DNA from: an uncultured Victivallales bacterium | GTDB lineage: Bacteria > Verrucomicrobiota > Kiritimatiellia > UBA8416 | Direction of reading: 5' to 3' | NCBI GenBank assembly: GCA_964609395.1 | Contig: CAZSRU010000004.1 | Coordinates: forward strand, 6,263-70,262 | Length of the DNA stretch: 64,000 nt | Shown: piece by piece, positions 18,096 to 34,172 of the stretch | How positions within the stretch are numbered: the first letter of the stretch is position 1 | How the letters are laid out: each line of letters begins with the position of its first letter | The notes under the pieces: generated by a model | The model's database searches: none | The model's input: the letters and a program-made list of their open reading frames with translations, nothing else | Told to the model about the DNA's origin: nothing | Made by a program: the position numbers and the translations under genes

Positions 18096-20075
18096 ATCCT
18101 AGCACCTCCCGCATCTTGATCGCCAGATCCGTCTTCGAGAACGGTTTCTGGAGAAAATGCACGCCGTCTTCAAGCATGCTGTGGTGGGCGATGACATCGG
18201 CTGTGTAGCCGGACATGAACAGGTGCCTGATGTCCGGGTAGAGCGGAGCAGGTTCGCGGCCAGATCCCGTCCGTTCATCTCGGGCATGACCAGATCGGTC
18301 ATGAGCATATCGATCTGGCCCGCATGCTCCCGGGCCAGGCGAATGGCCTCGCCCGGTGTCGTGGCCCTGATCACGGTATACCCCAGCTTTTGAAGCATCA
18401 TCGCGGTCACTCTCAGGACGAATGCTTCGTCCTCCACCAGCAGGATGGTCCCGCCACTGGAGAGCGCCGGTTCCGGCAATTCCGCATCGGCATTGGCATG
18501 CGGTACATCCTGATGCCTTGGCAGGTAGATCCTGAAGGTTGTCCCGCGGCCCGGCTCGCTCTGCGCGTCAATGAAACCCTGGTTCTGCTTCACAATGCAA
18601 TACACCGTGGCCAGCCCCAGGCCGGTGCCCTTGCCCGCTGCCTTGGTGGTGAAGAAGGGCTCGAACAGATGGCCGAGGATCTCCGCATCCATGCCGACGC
18701 CATTATCACCGACAGCCAGCATGACATAGTCGCCGGGCACAAACCCCGCGCGAGCGGCACAGAACGCTTCATCAAGGGAGACGTTGCCCGTTTCGATGGT
18801 GACCTTGCCCACGCCCGCGATGGCGTCCCGTGCATTGACGCACAGATTGGCCAGGATCTGGTCGATCTGGGAGGGGGCCACCCGGACCGGCGTGAGGTTC
18901 CAGCTGGGTTGCCAGGCCAGTTCGATATCTTCGCCGATAAGCCTCCGCAGCATCTTAATCATGCCTTCGACGGATGCGTTCAGATCGACGACCCGGGGGG
19001 CGATCACCTGCTTGCGGGCGAACGCCAGAAGCTGGCGGGTGAGGTCGGCGGAACGCTTCGCGGCCTCACTGACCTCCTGCAAATCGGCAAAGAGCGGCTG
19101 CTCCGGCTCAAGCCGTTCCAGGGCCAGTTCCGCATGAGCGAGGATCACGCTCAGCATGTTGTTGAAATCGTGGGCCACCCCGCCCGCCAACCGGCCCACC
19201 GATTCCATCTTCCGGGCCTGGGCCAACTGGGCCTGAAGCTTACCATTCTCCTCTTCCGCATGCTTGCGCTCGGTAATGTCGCGCGAGACGCTGAGGCTCG
19301 CAAAGCCGCCATCCCATGGAATGCGCCGCTCGTTGATTTCCACCTCGACGGGCGTGCCGGCTGTCGAAAGGTAGGCGGCCGCCCCCCGTTTCATCCAATC
19401 CAGGGCCAATTCCGGCGATGGGTCTCCGGTCACCATCAGGCAGGCGCAATCGGGGTGGCCGGCCCGGCAGTAGTCAAGGAGCGTGTCGGCCAGTCCGTCG
19501 GGCAGATGGTAGTCCACGACGGCCACGTCATAGTGCTGCCTGGACAGGGCCGCTTGGGCCTCGCGGATGGTGTGCGCCATGTCGGCCCGGTAGCCATGGG
19601 CGGCAAACCTTCGTTGTAGCATACATGCCAGGTCCCCGTCATCATCGACAATCAGCGCCTGCGGCTGGCAGCGCACCTGCCTGCCATCCAGCAGCGCCCG
19701 CACCCGGGTCGTGAACGCATTCCCGTCCACGGGCGAGGGCAGGAAGGCATCGGCCCCGATGTCGGCGGCGATGCGCTCGGGTTGGTCGCCAGCAAAGGTG
19801 GCCGATACAACCAGGATGGGGACCTTGTTGAAGGCCGCATACTCGGGCGAGCGCAGCAGGCGGCAGAAGCGCCAGCCATCCAGCCCCGGCATACAGAGGG
19901 CGGTGACGATAAGCGAGGGCGGACGGGTGGCATCCATGGCCTCCAGTGCCGCCTCGACCCTCTCAAAGGCAACCGGGGCGATGCCGACCTTTTCGAGCAG
20001 TCCGGACAGGATCTTGAGTTGGGTCGGTTCATCGTTGACCACGACGGCTGTCGCGTCGGGCTTGATCTCATTCAT
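18096..20075 (-). CDS. hybrid histidine kinase (pseudo-REC, REC, HisKA, HATPase, C-terminal REC) with apparent -1 frameshift near 18245
   Basis: H-box GGVAHDFNNML; HATPase boxes; C-terminal REC (MLMTDLVMPEMNG) reads ...LAANLLRSTRTSGTC... in the table frame but the adjacent frame gives canonical LYPDIRHLFMSGYTADVIAHHSMLEDGVHFLQKPFSKTDLAIKMREVLG* ending at TGA 18096-18098; one missing C in ctccgc[c]tctacccg. Confidence 0.65.
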
Positions 20076-20137
20076 GTCGTTTTCCCTTTGGAATAGAATA
20101 ACAGATGAACTGATGGGGTCAGCATTTTTCTTGAGAA

Positions 20138-22936
20138 TTATTCGTAACTTTCCATCTTGTGCCGCAGGTGGTCAAAGGCCTCCACTAATGAGGTCACGTG
20201 TTCCCTGGCGGCATCCAGATCCCCTGCCCTGGCCGCCTGCTCGATCTCAACGGCGATGCCGCGCAGGGCTTCACCGCCGACGTTGGCTGAGGCACCCTTG
20301 ATGGTGTGGGCATGTCGCTCGGCACCCGTTGCGTCGCCTGACTTCAGGAACGCATCAAGAGCGCTGATCTGCCTGGGTAGGTCGTTCAGGAATCCGCGGA
20401 TAACCGTTGCGGCCAGATCCTCGTCATCCATCAGCCGCTCCAGCATACCCGCCCGGTCCCAGACCGAAGGAGAGACGGCAGACTGCAGACTACAGACTTC
20501 TGAAACTCCACTTTTGTCCTGCTGTTGACCGACTCCGGTCTGCAGTCTGCGGTCTGTAGTCTGCGGTCTCCCCCCGGTCTGTAGCCTGCGGTCTCCCCCC
20601 GCCCCACCCGGCAGCCATTTTGCCAGCACGGCCGCCAGTGCTTTCGGCGATATGGGCTTGGCAATGTAGTCGTCCATGCCGGCTTCCAGGCACATTTCGC
20701 GATCACCCTGCATGGCATGGGCGGTCATGGCGATGATGGGAATGCTCCGATTGCGGATTGCGGATTGCGGATTGCGGATTTGCCTTGAGGCTTCCAAGCC
20801 ATCCATTACGGGCATCTGGACATCCATCAGGACGAGGTCGTACGTTTCTCGTTCCAGCGCCGCCAGCGCCGCGACGCCGTTGCCAACCGTATCGGTTCGC
20901 AGGGCCAGCTTCCTGAGAATCCCCTCGGTCACGAGCCGGTTGACTGCGTTGTCCTCAACCACGAGGATGCGCACGTCGCGCAGGCTTGCCAACTCCATGG
21001 CGGAAGCTGCCGCCGTTTCGCTATCGTCCGCCCCTTCCACTGCCGAGCCTTGCTCCAGGCCGAGAGTGAACCAGAACGTCGTGCCCCGGCCTTCCTCCGA
21101 TTCCACCCCGATCTGCCCCCCCATCAGTTCCGTCAGTTGCCGGGCAATCGCCAGCCCCAGTCCCGTACCGCCGAACCGGCGCGTGCTGGAGGCGTCCACC
21201 TGACTGAACTTCCTGAACAGCAAGCCCTGCTTGTCCGCCGGAATCCCGATCCCCGTGTCGGTCACCGAGAAGCGAAGGCAAATGCCGCCTTCCGGTTCCG
21301 GGTCACCAGATGACTGCCGACTGCTGCCCGCTGACCGCTGACTGTCGATTTCTGCATCCTGCCCGCTGACTACTGACCGCTGACTACTGACCTCCGCCCC
21401 CCCCCGCTCCACCCGGACCGTGATTTCCCCCTTCTTCGTGAACTTCACCGCGTTGCCCACCAGATTCACCAGAACCTGCCGCAGCCGGAACGGGTCGCCA
21501 CTGAGCCGGTCCGGAACATCGGGATCGGCGGCGCAGATGAACGCGACACCTTTCCCCCGCGCCTGCAGCGCCAGTGGCGCCGCGACCTCGTCAAGCAGTT
21601 TGCGCAGGCTGAAATCGCAGCGATCCAGCTCCAGTTTTCCGGCCTCCATCCTGGATAAGTCGAGGATATCGCCGAGCAGGGCCAGAAGCGACTCGGCACT
21701 GTTCATGGCCGTCTCGGCAAAGCGCCGCTGCTCGTCGTTCAGCGCCGTATCGAGCAGCAGGCCGGTCATGCCGATGACCCCGTTCATGGGAGTGCGGATC
21801 TCGTGGCTCATGTTGGCCAGGAATTCGCTCTTGGCCCGGTTGGCCGCTTCAGCCTTGCCGGCCAGTGCCTGGGCCTGGGCCGTGGTTTCCTCAAGTTGAC
21901 GGTTGATCGCCAGCAGCCTCTGCTCGGCCTGCTTGCTCCTGGTGATATCGTGAAGAATGACCAGATAGCCTGTAAGCCGCTCCGTATCCGTTTGAAGCGG
22001 CAGGATGCACAAGTGCCAGGTTTCCACCCCCAGATGCACCTCCTGTTCGCCGATCTCCCCGGCGATGCCGCTGCCTGGCAGCCGGTTGAGACTCGACACC
22101 ATCCCCTCAAAATGCTGTTTGAATACCGGATTGCGGATGAGACGGGCACCCACGGGATTCGCGTTGACAATGTTGATCTGCCTGTCAAGAACGATCAGCG
22201 CGTCCGGCAGACGGTCAAACAAGGCATCCAGCGCCTGGGGAAAGACATCGAAAAGCCCCACGCGAAACACGCCATGGAACAACAGCAGCCCCATGACCAT
22301 GAACCCCACGGGGGTCAGGTCCAGGAACCCTCCGGGCTTGAACCCCATGCTGTAGGCCACATTGAGAGCAAAGGGAATCGCGATGCCGGCCAGGATGTAT
22401 CCGACCCGTCGGAGGTCCATCCCGCGCACCCGGAACAGCAGGCGGATCATCACCGCGATCGACGCCACCACGCATAGATAGGAATAGACCAGATGGACCC
22501 ACCAGAAAGGGCCCGGCGACAGCACCTGATGGGAGAAGCCGCCGAATTCCCCGAGGCTCACGCGGGCGTAGTACAGGGAATGCACGGGATTGGTGGCCAC
22601 CAGCGCAACCACCCCTGCCGGGATCAGGAAGAGCGCGATCACCCGTCCCCGCGTCAGGAGATGCCGTTTGCCCGCATGGGACAGGCAGAAGCCCAGCAGG
22701 CAGGCCGGCACGGAAGCCAGTCCGACATAGGCCACGGCGGTAGTCCACCGCATGCCATCCAGGCTCCGCAATCCCAGTTCAACGGAATATGCCAGCGACC
22801 AGATCGAAACCCCGCCCATGAGCGCCGCAATCCATGCCGCCGACGGCACAGCACCGCGCTGCCGCCAGGAGCGCAGGGCCAGCCAGAGGCTGGTCGCCCC
22901 GGCCAGCCAGATCGAAGGGATAGCGGCGTTCCACAT
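20138..22936 (-). CDS. hybrid sensor histidine kinase with N-terminal 7TM sensor, PAS, HisKA, HATPase, REC and C-terminal Hpt
   Basis: 932 aa; seven predicted TM helices at N-terminus; H-box [21 protein letters not shown]; REC ([13 protein letters not shown]...[13 protein letters not shown]); Hpt ([17 protein letters not shown]). Confidence 0.85.
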   Translation of the reverse strand: MWNAAIPSIWLAGATSLWLALRSWRQRGAVPSAAWIAALMGGVSIWSLAYSVELGLRSLDGMRWTTAVAYVGLASVPACLLGFCLSHAGKRHLLTRGRVIALFLIPAGVVALVATNPVHSLYYARVSLGEFGGFSHQVLSPGPFWWVHLVYSYLCVVASIAVMIRLLFRVRGMDLRRVGYILAGIAIPFALNVAYSMGFKPGGFLDLTPVGFMVMGLLLFHGVFRVGLFDVFPQALDALFDRLPDALIVLDRQINIVNANPVGARLIRNPVFKQHFEGMVSSLNRLPGSGIAGEIGEQEVHLGVETWHLCILPLQTDTERLTGYLVILHDITRSKQAEQRLLAINRQLEETTAQAQALAGKAEAANRAKSEFLANMSHEIRTPMNGVIGMTGLLLDTALNDEQRRFAETAMNSAESLLALLGDILDLSRMEAGKLELDRCDFSLRKLLDEVAAPLALQARGKGVAFICAADPDVPDRLSGDPFRLRQVLVNLVGNAVKFTKKGEITVRVERGGAEVSSQRSVVSGQDAEIDSQRSAGSSRQSSGDPEPEGGICLRFSVTDTGIGIPADKQGLLFRKFSQVDASSTRRFGGTGLGLAIARQLTELMGGQIGVESEEGRGTTFWFTLGLEQGSAVEGADDSETAAASAMELASLRDVRILVVEDNAVNRLVTEGILRKLALRTDTVGNGVAALAALERETYDLVLMDVQMPVMDGLEASRQIRNPQSAIRNRSIPIIAMTAHAMQGDREMCLEAGMDDYIAKPISPKALAAVLAKWLPGGAGGDRRLQTGGRPQTTDRRLQTGVGQQQDKSGVSEVCSLQSAVSPSVWDRAGMLERLMDDEDLAATVIRGFLNDLPRQISALDAFLKSGDATGAERHAHTIKGASANVGGEALRGIAVEIEQAARAGDLDAAREHVTSLVEAFDHLRHKMESYE
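20460..20590 (-). repeat. intragenic inverted + tandem repeat block with C6 tracts in REC-Hpt linker of kinase 20138-22936
   Basis: gacggcagactgcagactacagac ... gtctgcagtctgcggtctgtagtctgcggtctccccccggtctgtagcctgcggtctcccccc; encodes [22 protein letters not shown]. Confidence 0.6.
20750..20781 (-). repeat. coding-strand heptanucleotide tandem repeat (AATCCGC)x4 inside receiver domain
   Basis: + strand gcggattgcggattgcggattgcggatttgcc; encodes [10 protein letters not shown] at the RQIR...PIIAMTA loop. Confidence 0.7.
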
Positions 22937-22939
22937 ACG

Positions 22940-24063
22940 TCACCGCCTCCACAAGGGGAAGGCGAACCAGACTTCCCAGTAGGAATCCGAATAGGCCGGA
23001 CTGTTCCGTGCCCGTTCCAGATGCCAGTAGCGCACTTCGGCAAACAACGGAATCGGCATGACACCCTTCTCGTAATCCGTCATCCCGTCGTACCCGAGTG
23101 CCGCCTTTCCCCAGAGGTAGTCCTTGCCGGTCGCATCGCGCGCACCGTCGATCCTCGACGCACTCTCCTCGCGATACCACGCGCCGACCGTGGCGGTCAC
23201 CCGCCTGGCCAGCCAATGCGTCACCAGCTCCAGTTCATGGGTCATGTAACGGCCAGGTGTGTGGTGAACGTTGACGACGCCCTCGCCGGGCCGGAACACA
23301 TCCCGGCTGCCTTCCAGGGGATACTGCAGTTCAAAGCGGTAGTTCAGGTTCGCATTCGGCAATAGCGCAAAATCCACAACGTGATTGAAAAGCGCCGCCT
23401 CGCTTTCGCGGGTGCCGACATTGAGTTTTTCCGTATTATGGGAGAAATCGGTGGACAATTCCTGTGTCCGCCATCCGGCCCCCGCCGCCAGCTTCAAGCG
23501 GGGCATCTCATGGTACTGGTGATAGAGCCAGAGATGGGCGTCCCCCCAGCCGTCGCCCTTGAGCGTCTCGTTGCGGAACCCCATCGCCTCGAGTTGGGCG
23601 AGAATCGCCTGATCGAGCGGCGGGGGGGCCGCGATATCCACGCGCTGGCGAACCTCGCTGCTGAACCTGGGAATCTGGAGGTGAAAGGTGGTCCGGGCCG
23701 TCAGGCCGGCATAGAGATCGAAGACAACATACTCATAGTCCGCCTCATAGCGTCCCGCGACAAGCTCCCCGCCGAGGGCGGCATTGAACTGATCGACCAG
23801 GTCGGAACCGATCGGCCGGTCACGCCGCTGGTTGTCCCAGCCGTTGCGGTACTCGAAAGGCGCATAAAGCAACGCACCGGCCCAGACACCCTCCGGAACC
23901 ACGGCTGCCGAACCGGCACCGGATGAAAGAGGGGCGATTATGCCAGCCAGAAGGAGCGCGAGGACAATAACGAACCGGTGCCCGGCAGGCAGGGGGCGGC
24001 GTAATCGTCTGTCCCCACCTGATCGAACCTGTATTAAGAAGCGATTGAATTGAGATTCCGTCA

Positions 24064-24067
<4 letters not shown>
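22940..24067 (-). CDS. hypothetical exported protein (signal peptide; possible outer-membrane beta-barrel)
   Basis: Start at tandem ATGATG 24062-24067 overlapping TGA of upstream kinase (ATGA); hydrophobic N-terminus [25 protein letters not shown]; aromatic-rich C-terminus ...[13 protein letters not shown]; sandwiched between two paralogous kinases. Confidence 0.45.
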
Positions 24068-29379
<5,312 letters not shown>

Positions 29380-29595
29380 ATTGCCTCCTGGATACAAACG
29401 CCGACCCGACATTGTAGCGTATACACGGGTTCCAGAATAGCAGGTGAACGCGATCCGTCAACAGACATTTCGCAGAGTGCCGCTGTGCAGACGCATCCAA
29501 AAGGGGCCACAGATGCATGGAAAACCGTGATAATCGACTAAGACTGTGGTTTAAGCGTAACCAAGTAAGTGCGAGACTAAGGGTGGTACCAAGAG

Positions 29596-30228
29596 TCAGA
29601 GGAAGTCGGCCAAGTGCGCGTCCTTGAAGATGTCGATGCCCAGCCAGCTTTTCAACAGGTAGAGGGCCAACAAGGCCAGCAGGCCCAGCGCGGTGGCCAG
29701 CGCGATGACACTCGCCGCCACGGCGAACCCGAACCCGCCCAGGGCGATGATCGCGCGTCCGGTGCGCCCTGTTCGCTCGACGGCCTCGTCCTCCGCCATC
29801 ATCAAGTGTCCGCCCTTCTCCTTCAGCAGCCATTCCTGCTGCTGCCGTTCGTGATGCGCCTCGGCGTCCTGCAGGACCTGCAGCATCTCATGCCTGGAGA
29901 ACGGTTTCACCAGGAAGCGGAACAGCGCCTGGCTGTTGAGCGCATCAACCAGCAGCGCGAGCTCGTCGTGGCCGGTGATCATGATCCGGACGGCAGGATG
30001 GCGACGGCGATGCAGCCACTGGCAGAAATCCAGACCGTTCTCCCCCGGCATCATATGGTCGCAGACAATCACCTGGACCGTCTCGCGCTGCAGCGTCTCC
30101 CGCGCCGCCCCTGCATCCGCACACGTGATCACGTCGTAATCCTTGCCCAGCATCATCGCCAGCCAGGCGCACACGCCCGGCTCGTCATCCACCACCAGCA
30201 CCCGCACCTTTGTCTCGTGTGCGCTCAT
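29596..30228 (-). CDS. single-domain response regulator with C-terminal transmembrane tail
   Basis: Start ATG 30226-30228 overlapping stop of upstream GT1 (ATGA); REC (VRVLVVDDEPGVCAWL...VIVCDHMMPGENG); C-terminal hydrophobic segment AIIALGGFGFAVAASVIALATALGLLALLALYLL. Confidence 0.7.
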   Translation of the reverse strand: MSAHETKVRVLVVDDEPGVCAWLAMMLGKDYDVITCADAGAARETLQRETVQVIVCDHMMPGENGLDFCQWLHRRRHPAVRIMITGHDELALLVDALNSQALFRFLVKPFSRHEMLQVLQDAEAHHERQQQEWLLKEKGGHLMMAEDEAVERTGRTGRAIIALGGFGFAVAASVIALATALGLLALLALYLLKSWLGIDIFKDAHLADFL

Positions 30229-31394
30229 GCCAGCAGCTCGCGGAAGAACGTGGCATATTGCCGGCAGACCACCGGCCAGGCGAACCGCTCGGCAATCGCG
30301 CGGTGCGCGGCCTGCGCGCGCACGGCGGGGTCCCTGGGACCGCGGGCGTCCCGCCCGCCACCGCTGCCACCGCCATACGCGTCCCGTACACACGCGGCAG
30401 TGGCCGTATCCGCCAGCACCGAGCGAAGCAACCGGACCAGGGCATCCGCATCGGAGGTGTCGGCGAAGTGCCCCTGCTCCCCGAGTATCCAGCGGGTGAC
30501 GGGCGTATCATGGGCCACGACCGGCACGCCGCAGGCGGACGCCTCGATGTAGATGTTGCCGAAGGCCTCGTCGCGGCTGAGGTGCATGAACACGTCGCCG
30601 CAGCGGTAAAGGGAGGGCATGCGCGACATGGGCACCGTCACCCGGTGATACCGGTCGCCCAGCAGCTCGCGGCCCAGCGCGTCGCACGGCTCCTTCAGCG
30701 GCCCGTCGCCACCCAGCAGCAGGTGCGCCTCCGGCAGCGCCGCCACGGCGCGTATCCCGTCCATCGGGAACTTGGAGGGGATCAGGGCGCTGACCATGCA
30801 GACCACCGGGACGGACGGCGGCAGCCCGAACGCCGCGCGATCCCCAACCCCCGGCGTGAACCGATCCGTATCCACCCCGTTCGGGATCAGTACACTGCGG
30901 TATTTCGCCTGGTTGCGCGCGAGGTATTCCGGGTTGGTGCAGACCAGCCCGTCGCAACCGAACCAGCGGTACTCGCGCGTGCCGGCGCAGGCGGGCCAAT
31001 CCCCGTTCTCGGTCACGAAGACATGCAGGGGGTGCCGCTTCGCGCGATGTTTCGCGCGCAGCAACCAGTTGACAAACGGGTAACTGCAGGTGACGGTCAG
31101 GTCGTAGGCGGCCGGATCATAGAGCCGCCAGAGAGACGGGGCGAAGGTCAGTTCCTCCCAGCGGTACTCCGATCGCAACGGCGGGAACGAAGGCCAGCGG
31201 CGGAAACGCTCACGCGGGGTCAGGCGTCCCTGCAGGTAGGCGTAGGGCCGATCCGGCAGCGGCGAGCCCGCGCCGATGAGCGTGACGTCGAACCCCTCGC
31301 CGCAGAGGCCGGCGGCGATCTGCTCGAAGGCGGCTTCGGCACCGCGGGCGACACGGTGCAGGCCGGGCAGGGCGAATAGGATGCGGTTTTTCAC
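30225..31394 (-). CDS. glycosyltransferase family 1 (GT4-like)
   Basis: 389 aa; GT-B fold; EX7E-type region (MHLSRDEAFGNIYIEASACGVPVVAHD). Confidence 0.8.
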   Translation of the reverse strand: MKNRILFALPGLHRVARGAEAAFEQIAAGLCGEGFDVTLIGAGSPLPDRPYAYLQGRLTPRERFRRWPSFPPLRSEYRWEELTFAPSLWRLYDPAAYDLTVTCSYPFVNWLLRAKHRAKRHPLHVFVTENGDWPACAGTREYRWFGCDGLVCTNPEYLARNQAKYRSVLIPNGVDTDRFTPGVGDRAAFGLPPSVPVVCMVSALIPSKFPMDGIRAVAALPEAHLLLGGDGPLKEPCDALGRELLGDRYHRVTVPMSRMPSLYRCGDVFMHLSRDEAFGNIYIEASACGVPVVAHDTPVTRWILGEQGHFADTSDADALVRLLRSVLADTATAACVRDAYGGGSGGGRDARGPRDPAVRAQAAHRAIAERFAWPVVCRQYATFFRELLA

Positions 31395-31400
31395 TGGCGA

Positions 31401-32369
31401 CTAGGGATTCAAGGGATGCGTTAACGTATGCAATCCGGACGCGATACTGCGGTACAACAGCGTGCCGCGGCGCCCGGTAACCCGGATCCAGAGCAGGCGC
31501 AGCGCGAAGGCCAGGATATAGACGGCGCGGATCCAGACCTCGGAGAGCAGCCCGTAGCAGCGGCGCTGCACCAGGAAGCGCGCCTTCCAGAGCAGGATCT
31601 CGCGGCGCTTGTCCAGCATGCGGGTCGAGTCCGACGAGGCCCCGCCCAGGTGCGTGATCTCGGCCGCGGCATCGAAATGCACCCCCCAGCCGGCGCGGTG
31701 GAAGCGGTGGCACCATTCGCAGTCCTCGCCGTAGAAGAAGAAGGACGTATCCATCAGCCCGACCTCGCGGACCGCCTCGGTACGCAGCAGCATGAAGGCG
31801 CCCCCGATCCACTCGACCGCCTTGTCGCGGGCACCCTCGCGCGGCCAGCCGGAATCCTCCAGATCCGCCCAGCCGAACAACCGGGGCCACACGTAGGGCA
31901 GGCCCAGCGCGCGCACGGTTTCCCGGTCGGGCCGCGGGAACAGGCGGCAGACGTTCTGGACGCTGCCGTCCTTGTTGCGCAGCATGCAGGAAAAGGCACC
32001 GGTGCGCGGATGCGCCCGCATCCATTCCAGTGATGTCTTCAGGCAGCCGGGATGGACCAGCGTGTCGCTGTTGAGCAGCAACTGGAACGGGGACGCCTCC
32101 GGCGATTCCAGACCGCGGGCCAGGGAGTGGTTGTTGCCGCCAGCAAACCCCAGGTTGCGATCCAGCGGCAGGAACGTGACCCAGGCGTCCCACCCTTCCC
32201 GCTCCAGGGCCGCCCGGATCCGCGGGACGGAGTCATCGCCCGAGGCGTTATCCACCAGCGTGACCTCGAAATCGGCGTACGTTGCCCGTTCGGAGGCCAG
32301 CGTGCGCAGGCAGTCGATCGTCAGGTCCGGGGTACGGAAGTTGATGACGTGAATGGTCAGTTGTCTCAT
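31401..32369 (-). CDS. glycosyltransferase family 2
   Basis: Start trimmed to ATG 32367-32369 (MRQLTIHVINFRTPDLT...); DxD/DNAS region EVTLVDNASGDDS. Confidence 0.8.
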   Translation of the reverse strand: MRQLTIHVINFRTPDLTIDCLRTLASERATYADFEVTLVDNASGDDSVPRIRAALEREGWDAWVTFLPLDRNLGFAGGNNHSLARGLESPEASPFQLLLNSDTLVHPGCLKTSLEWMRAHPRTGAFSCMLRNKDGSVQNVCRLFPRPDRETVRALGLPYVWPRLFGWADLEDSGWPREGARDKAVEWIGGAFMLLRTEAVREVGLMDTSFFFYGEDCEWCHRFHRAGWGVHFDAAAEITHLGGASSDSTRMLDKRREILLWKARFLVQRRCYGLLSEVWIRAVYILAFALRLLWIRVTGRRGTLLYRSIASGLHTLTHPLNP

Positions 32370-32383
32370 GCGCACTCCAGGGT

Positions 32384-33814
32384 TCAAGGCATGTCGTTCA
32401 CGGGGCCGGTCGATACAAGACGTTTGGGCAGCACCCGGAAGAACATGCCCACGTCGCGCAGCCAAGATCGTCTATGGATGTAATGCAGCGCGAAGATCCC
32501 GCGCAGCGAGGCGGGCGCATCGGGGGCCAGCAGAAGCTCATCGCTGATCGCGGCCGGATAATAGGCAGGCAGTTGACGGCGGCAGACCGGGGCATTCGCA
32601 GGATCGACCGGCGCATGGCCACAGAGGAACAGCCTGCCCGCCATTACCGCCGCCAGGGCCGGCACCCGGTCCAGGCTCAGCCGCCGGAACAACGCGGCCA
32701 GACGGCTGCCGTCCCCGCCGGCAAACTCCGTCAGCAGGAACTCCCGGTCATGACGGTCCAGCAGCGATTGACGCCGGAAGCGCCCCAGGCCGGTGATCCT
32801 GAACAGACTGCGGAAGAGAAGGAAGCCGGGAAGCATCGCCAGCCACAACACCAGGGCGACCAGCCGACCGGCCTGGGCCTGCAGCATGACCAGAACCTGA
32901 TTCGGCGGGCTGACCCTGTCCAGCAGCAGCGGATCGTTCAACTCCAGGCGCACCCCGCTTTCGGGGTCAAGCATGGTGCCGCCGCCGACAATCTTGCCGG
33001 TGATGTCGAGATTCCTGCCGATATAGGTCCCGTCCAGCACCACGCAGTCGCTAAGCTCGCTCTGGGAATCCACCACCACGCGGCTGCCGATGACGGCCGA
33101 TGGCCCGATCTTGCAGAGCGGGCGCAGGCGGGTGTCGCTGCCGATCATGATCGGCGGGGCGAGTATGCACGAGGGCGGGATGACGACGTTGTAGCCGATG
33201 TAGGAATCGTCCTGCAGTGAATAGCCCGGCGTCAGGTACCGCGTGATCTCGCCGCGCACCAGATCCATGTTTAGGCGGTAGTAATCCAGCGCGGTAGCGA
33301 GCGGGAATGCCTGGAGGCCGATGGTGCCGGGATCGGCAGTGGAACCGGGCGTGGCGCATGGGGCGGCGGCCAGGAAGGCGTCGAGGAATCCGGTGTCGCG
33401 GCTGCAGAATCCGAGTTGCCGTCCATCGCGCCTGAACAGCACGGTTTCCCCCGCTGCCGGGCACCGCACGGTCTCGCCGGTGCGGCGCGGGAAGAAAAGC
33501 TCGCGCACATAGAGCAGTCCGTCGCGCCATCGCGCCGGGTCACGCCGGGCAAGCCGGTCAGGGTCCGCTCCCTCGCGCAGCAGCAGGTACTCAATCGTCA
33601 CGCCCCAGCGGCTGCCGTCGCCGGCATACTTCTCGACCTCCAACGCCCCGTCACCCAGCACCAGGGTGATCTCGCGGATATCCATCGCCAGACAGCACTC
33701 GATCCAGAATTCAAGCAACGGACGGTTGCCCGCCGGTAGAAGCGCCAAGGGGTAGCGCACCGCATCTTCCGCCAGCCAGTCCGGGGTCTCGCTCGTGCAG
33801 AGAAGCGCTTTCAT
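32384..33814 (-). CDS. nucleotidyltransferase-like + left-handed beta-helix domain protein with hydrophobic C-terminal region
   Basis: N-terminal NTP-transferase-like fold (LALLPAGNRPLLEFWIECCLAMDIREITLVLGDG); hexapeptide-like repeats (IGSRVVVDSQSELSDCVVLDGTYIGRN); degenerate, family assignment tentative. Confidence 0.45.
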   Translation of the reverse strand: MKALLCTSETPDWLAEDAVRYPLALLPAGNRPLLEFWIECCLAMDIREITLVLGDGALEVEKYAGDGSRWGVTIEYLLLREGADPDRLARRDPARWRDGLLYVRELFFPRRTGETVRCPAAGETVLFRRDGRQLGFCSRDTGFLDAFLAAAPCATPGSTADPGTIGLQAFPLATALDYYRLNMDLVRGEITRYLTPGYSLQDDSYIGYNVVIPPSCILAPPIMIGSDTRLRPLCKIGPSAVIGSRVVVDSQSELSDCVVLDGTYIGRNLDITGKIVGGGTMLDPESGVRLELNDPLLLDRVSPPNQVLVMLQAQAGRLVALVLWLAMLPGFLLFRSLFRITGLGRFRRQSLLDRHDREFLLTEFAGGDGSRLAALFRRLSLDRVPALAAVMAGRLFLCGHAPVDPANAPVCRRQLPAYYPAAISDELLLAPDAPASLRGIFALHYIHRRSWLRDVGMFFRVLPKRLVSTGPVNDMP

Positions 33815-34152
33815 ACCGGTTTACCAACCGCCTCGTCCACGCTGTCGAACACCTCGAAGATGCGGTGCGTGCGGGTCAGCTCGAACACCATCCGCACGGC
33901 TTTGCGCAATCCCGCCAGCTTCAGGTCGTCCCCGCGCGTGGCCATCTGCTTGAGCATCGCGATCAGCAGCCCCAGCCCGGCGCTGTCGATCATCTCGACC
34001 CCGCCGAGGTCAACCACCACATCGCCGGAAGCCCACTCGCCCTGCAGCCACTCGCTGAAGCGCCGCCGCAGGCCGTCGACCTGCCCGGCACTCAGGATGC
34101 CCGCGAGGGTCACGACACCGATACCGCGTTCATGGGTGAATGTTGATTGCAT
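33811..34152 (-). CDS. STAS-domain anti-sigma-factor antagonist (SpoIIAA/HsbA-like)
   Basis: ~113 aa; GIGVVTLAGILSAGQVDGLRRRF...VVVDLGGVEMIDSAGLGLLIAMLKQMATRGDDLKLAG. Confidence 0.75.
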   Translation of the reverse strand: MQSTFTHERGIGVVTLAGILSAGQVDGLRRRFSEWLQGEWASGDVVVDLGGVEMIDSAGLGLLIAMLKQMATRGDDLKLAGLRKAVRMVFELTRTHRIFEVFDSVDEAVGKPV

Positions 34153-34172
34153 CGTCCTGTCCACCTTTCTGC

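Noticed and set aside
20460-20590. Tandem/inverted repeats that might be mistaken for a mini CRISPR array
   Set aside because: They lie inside an intact ORF and encode a low-complexity linker. Units are irregular (7-25 nt) with no unique spacers and no cas genes.
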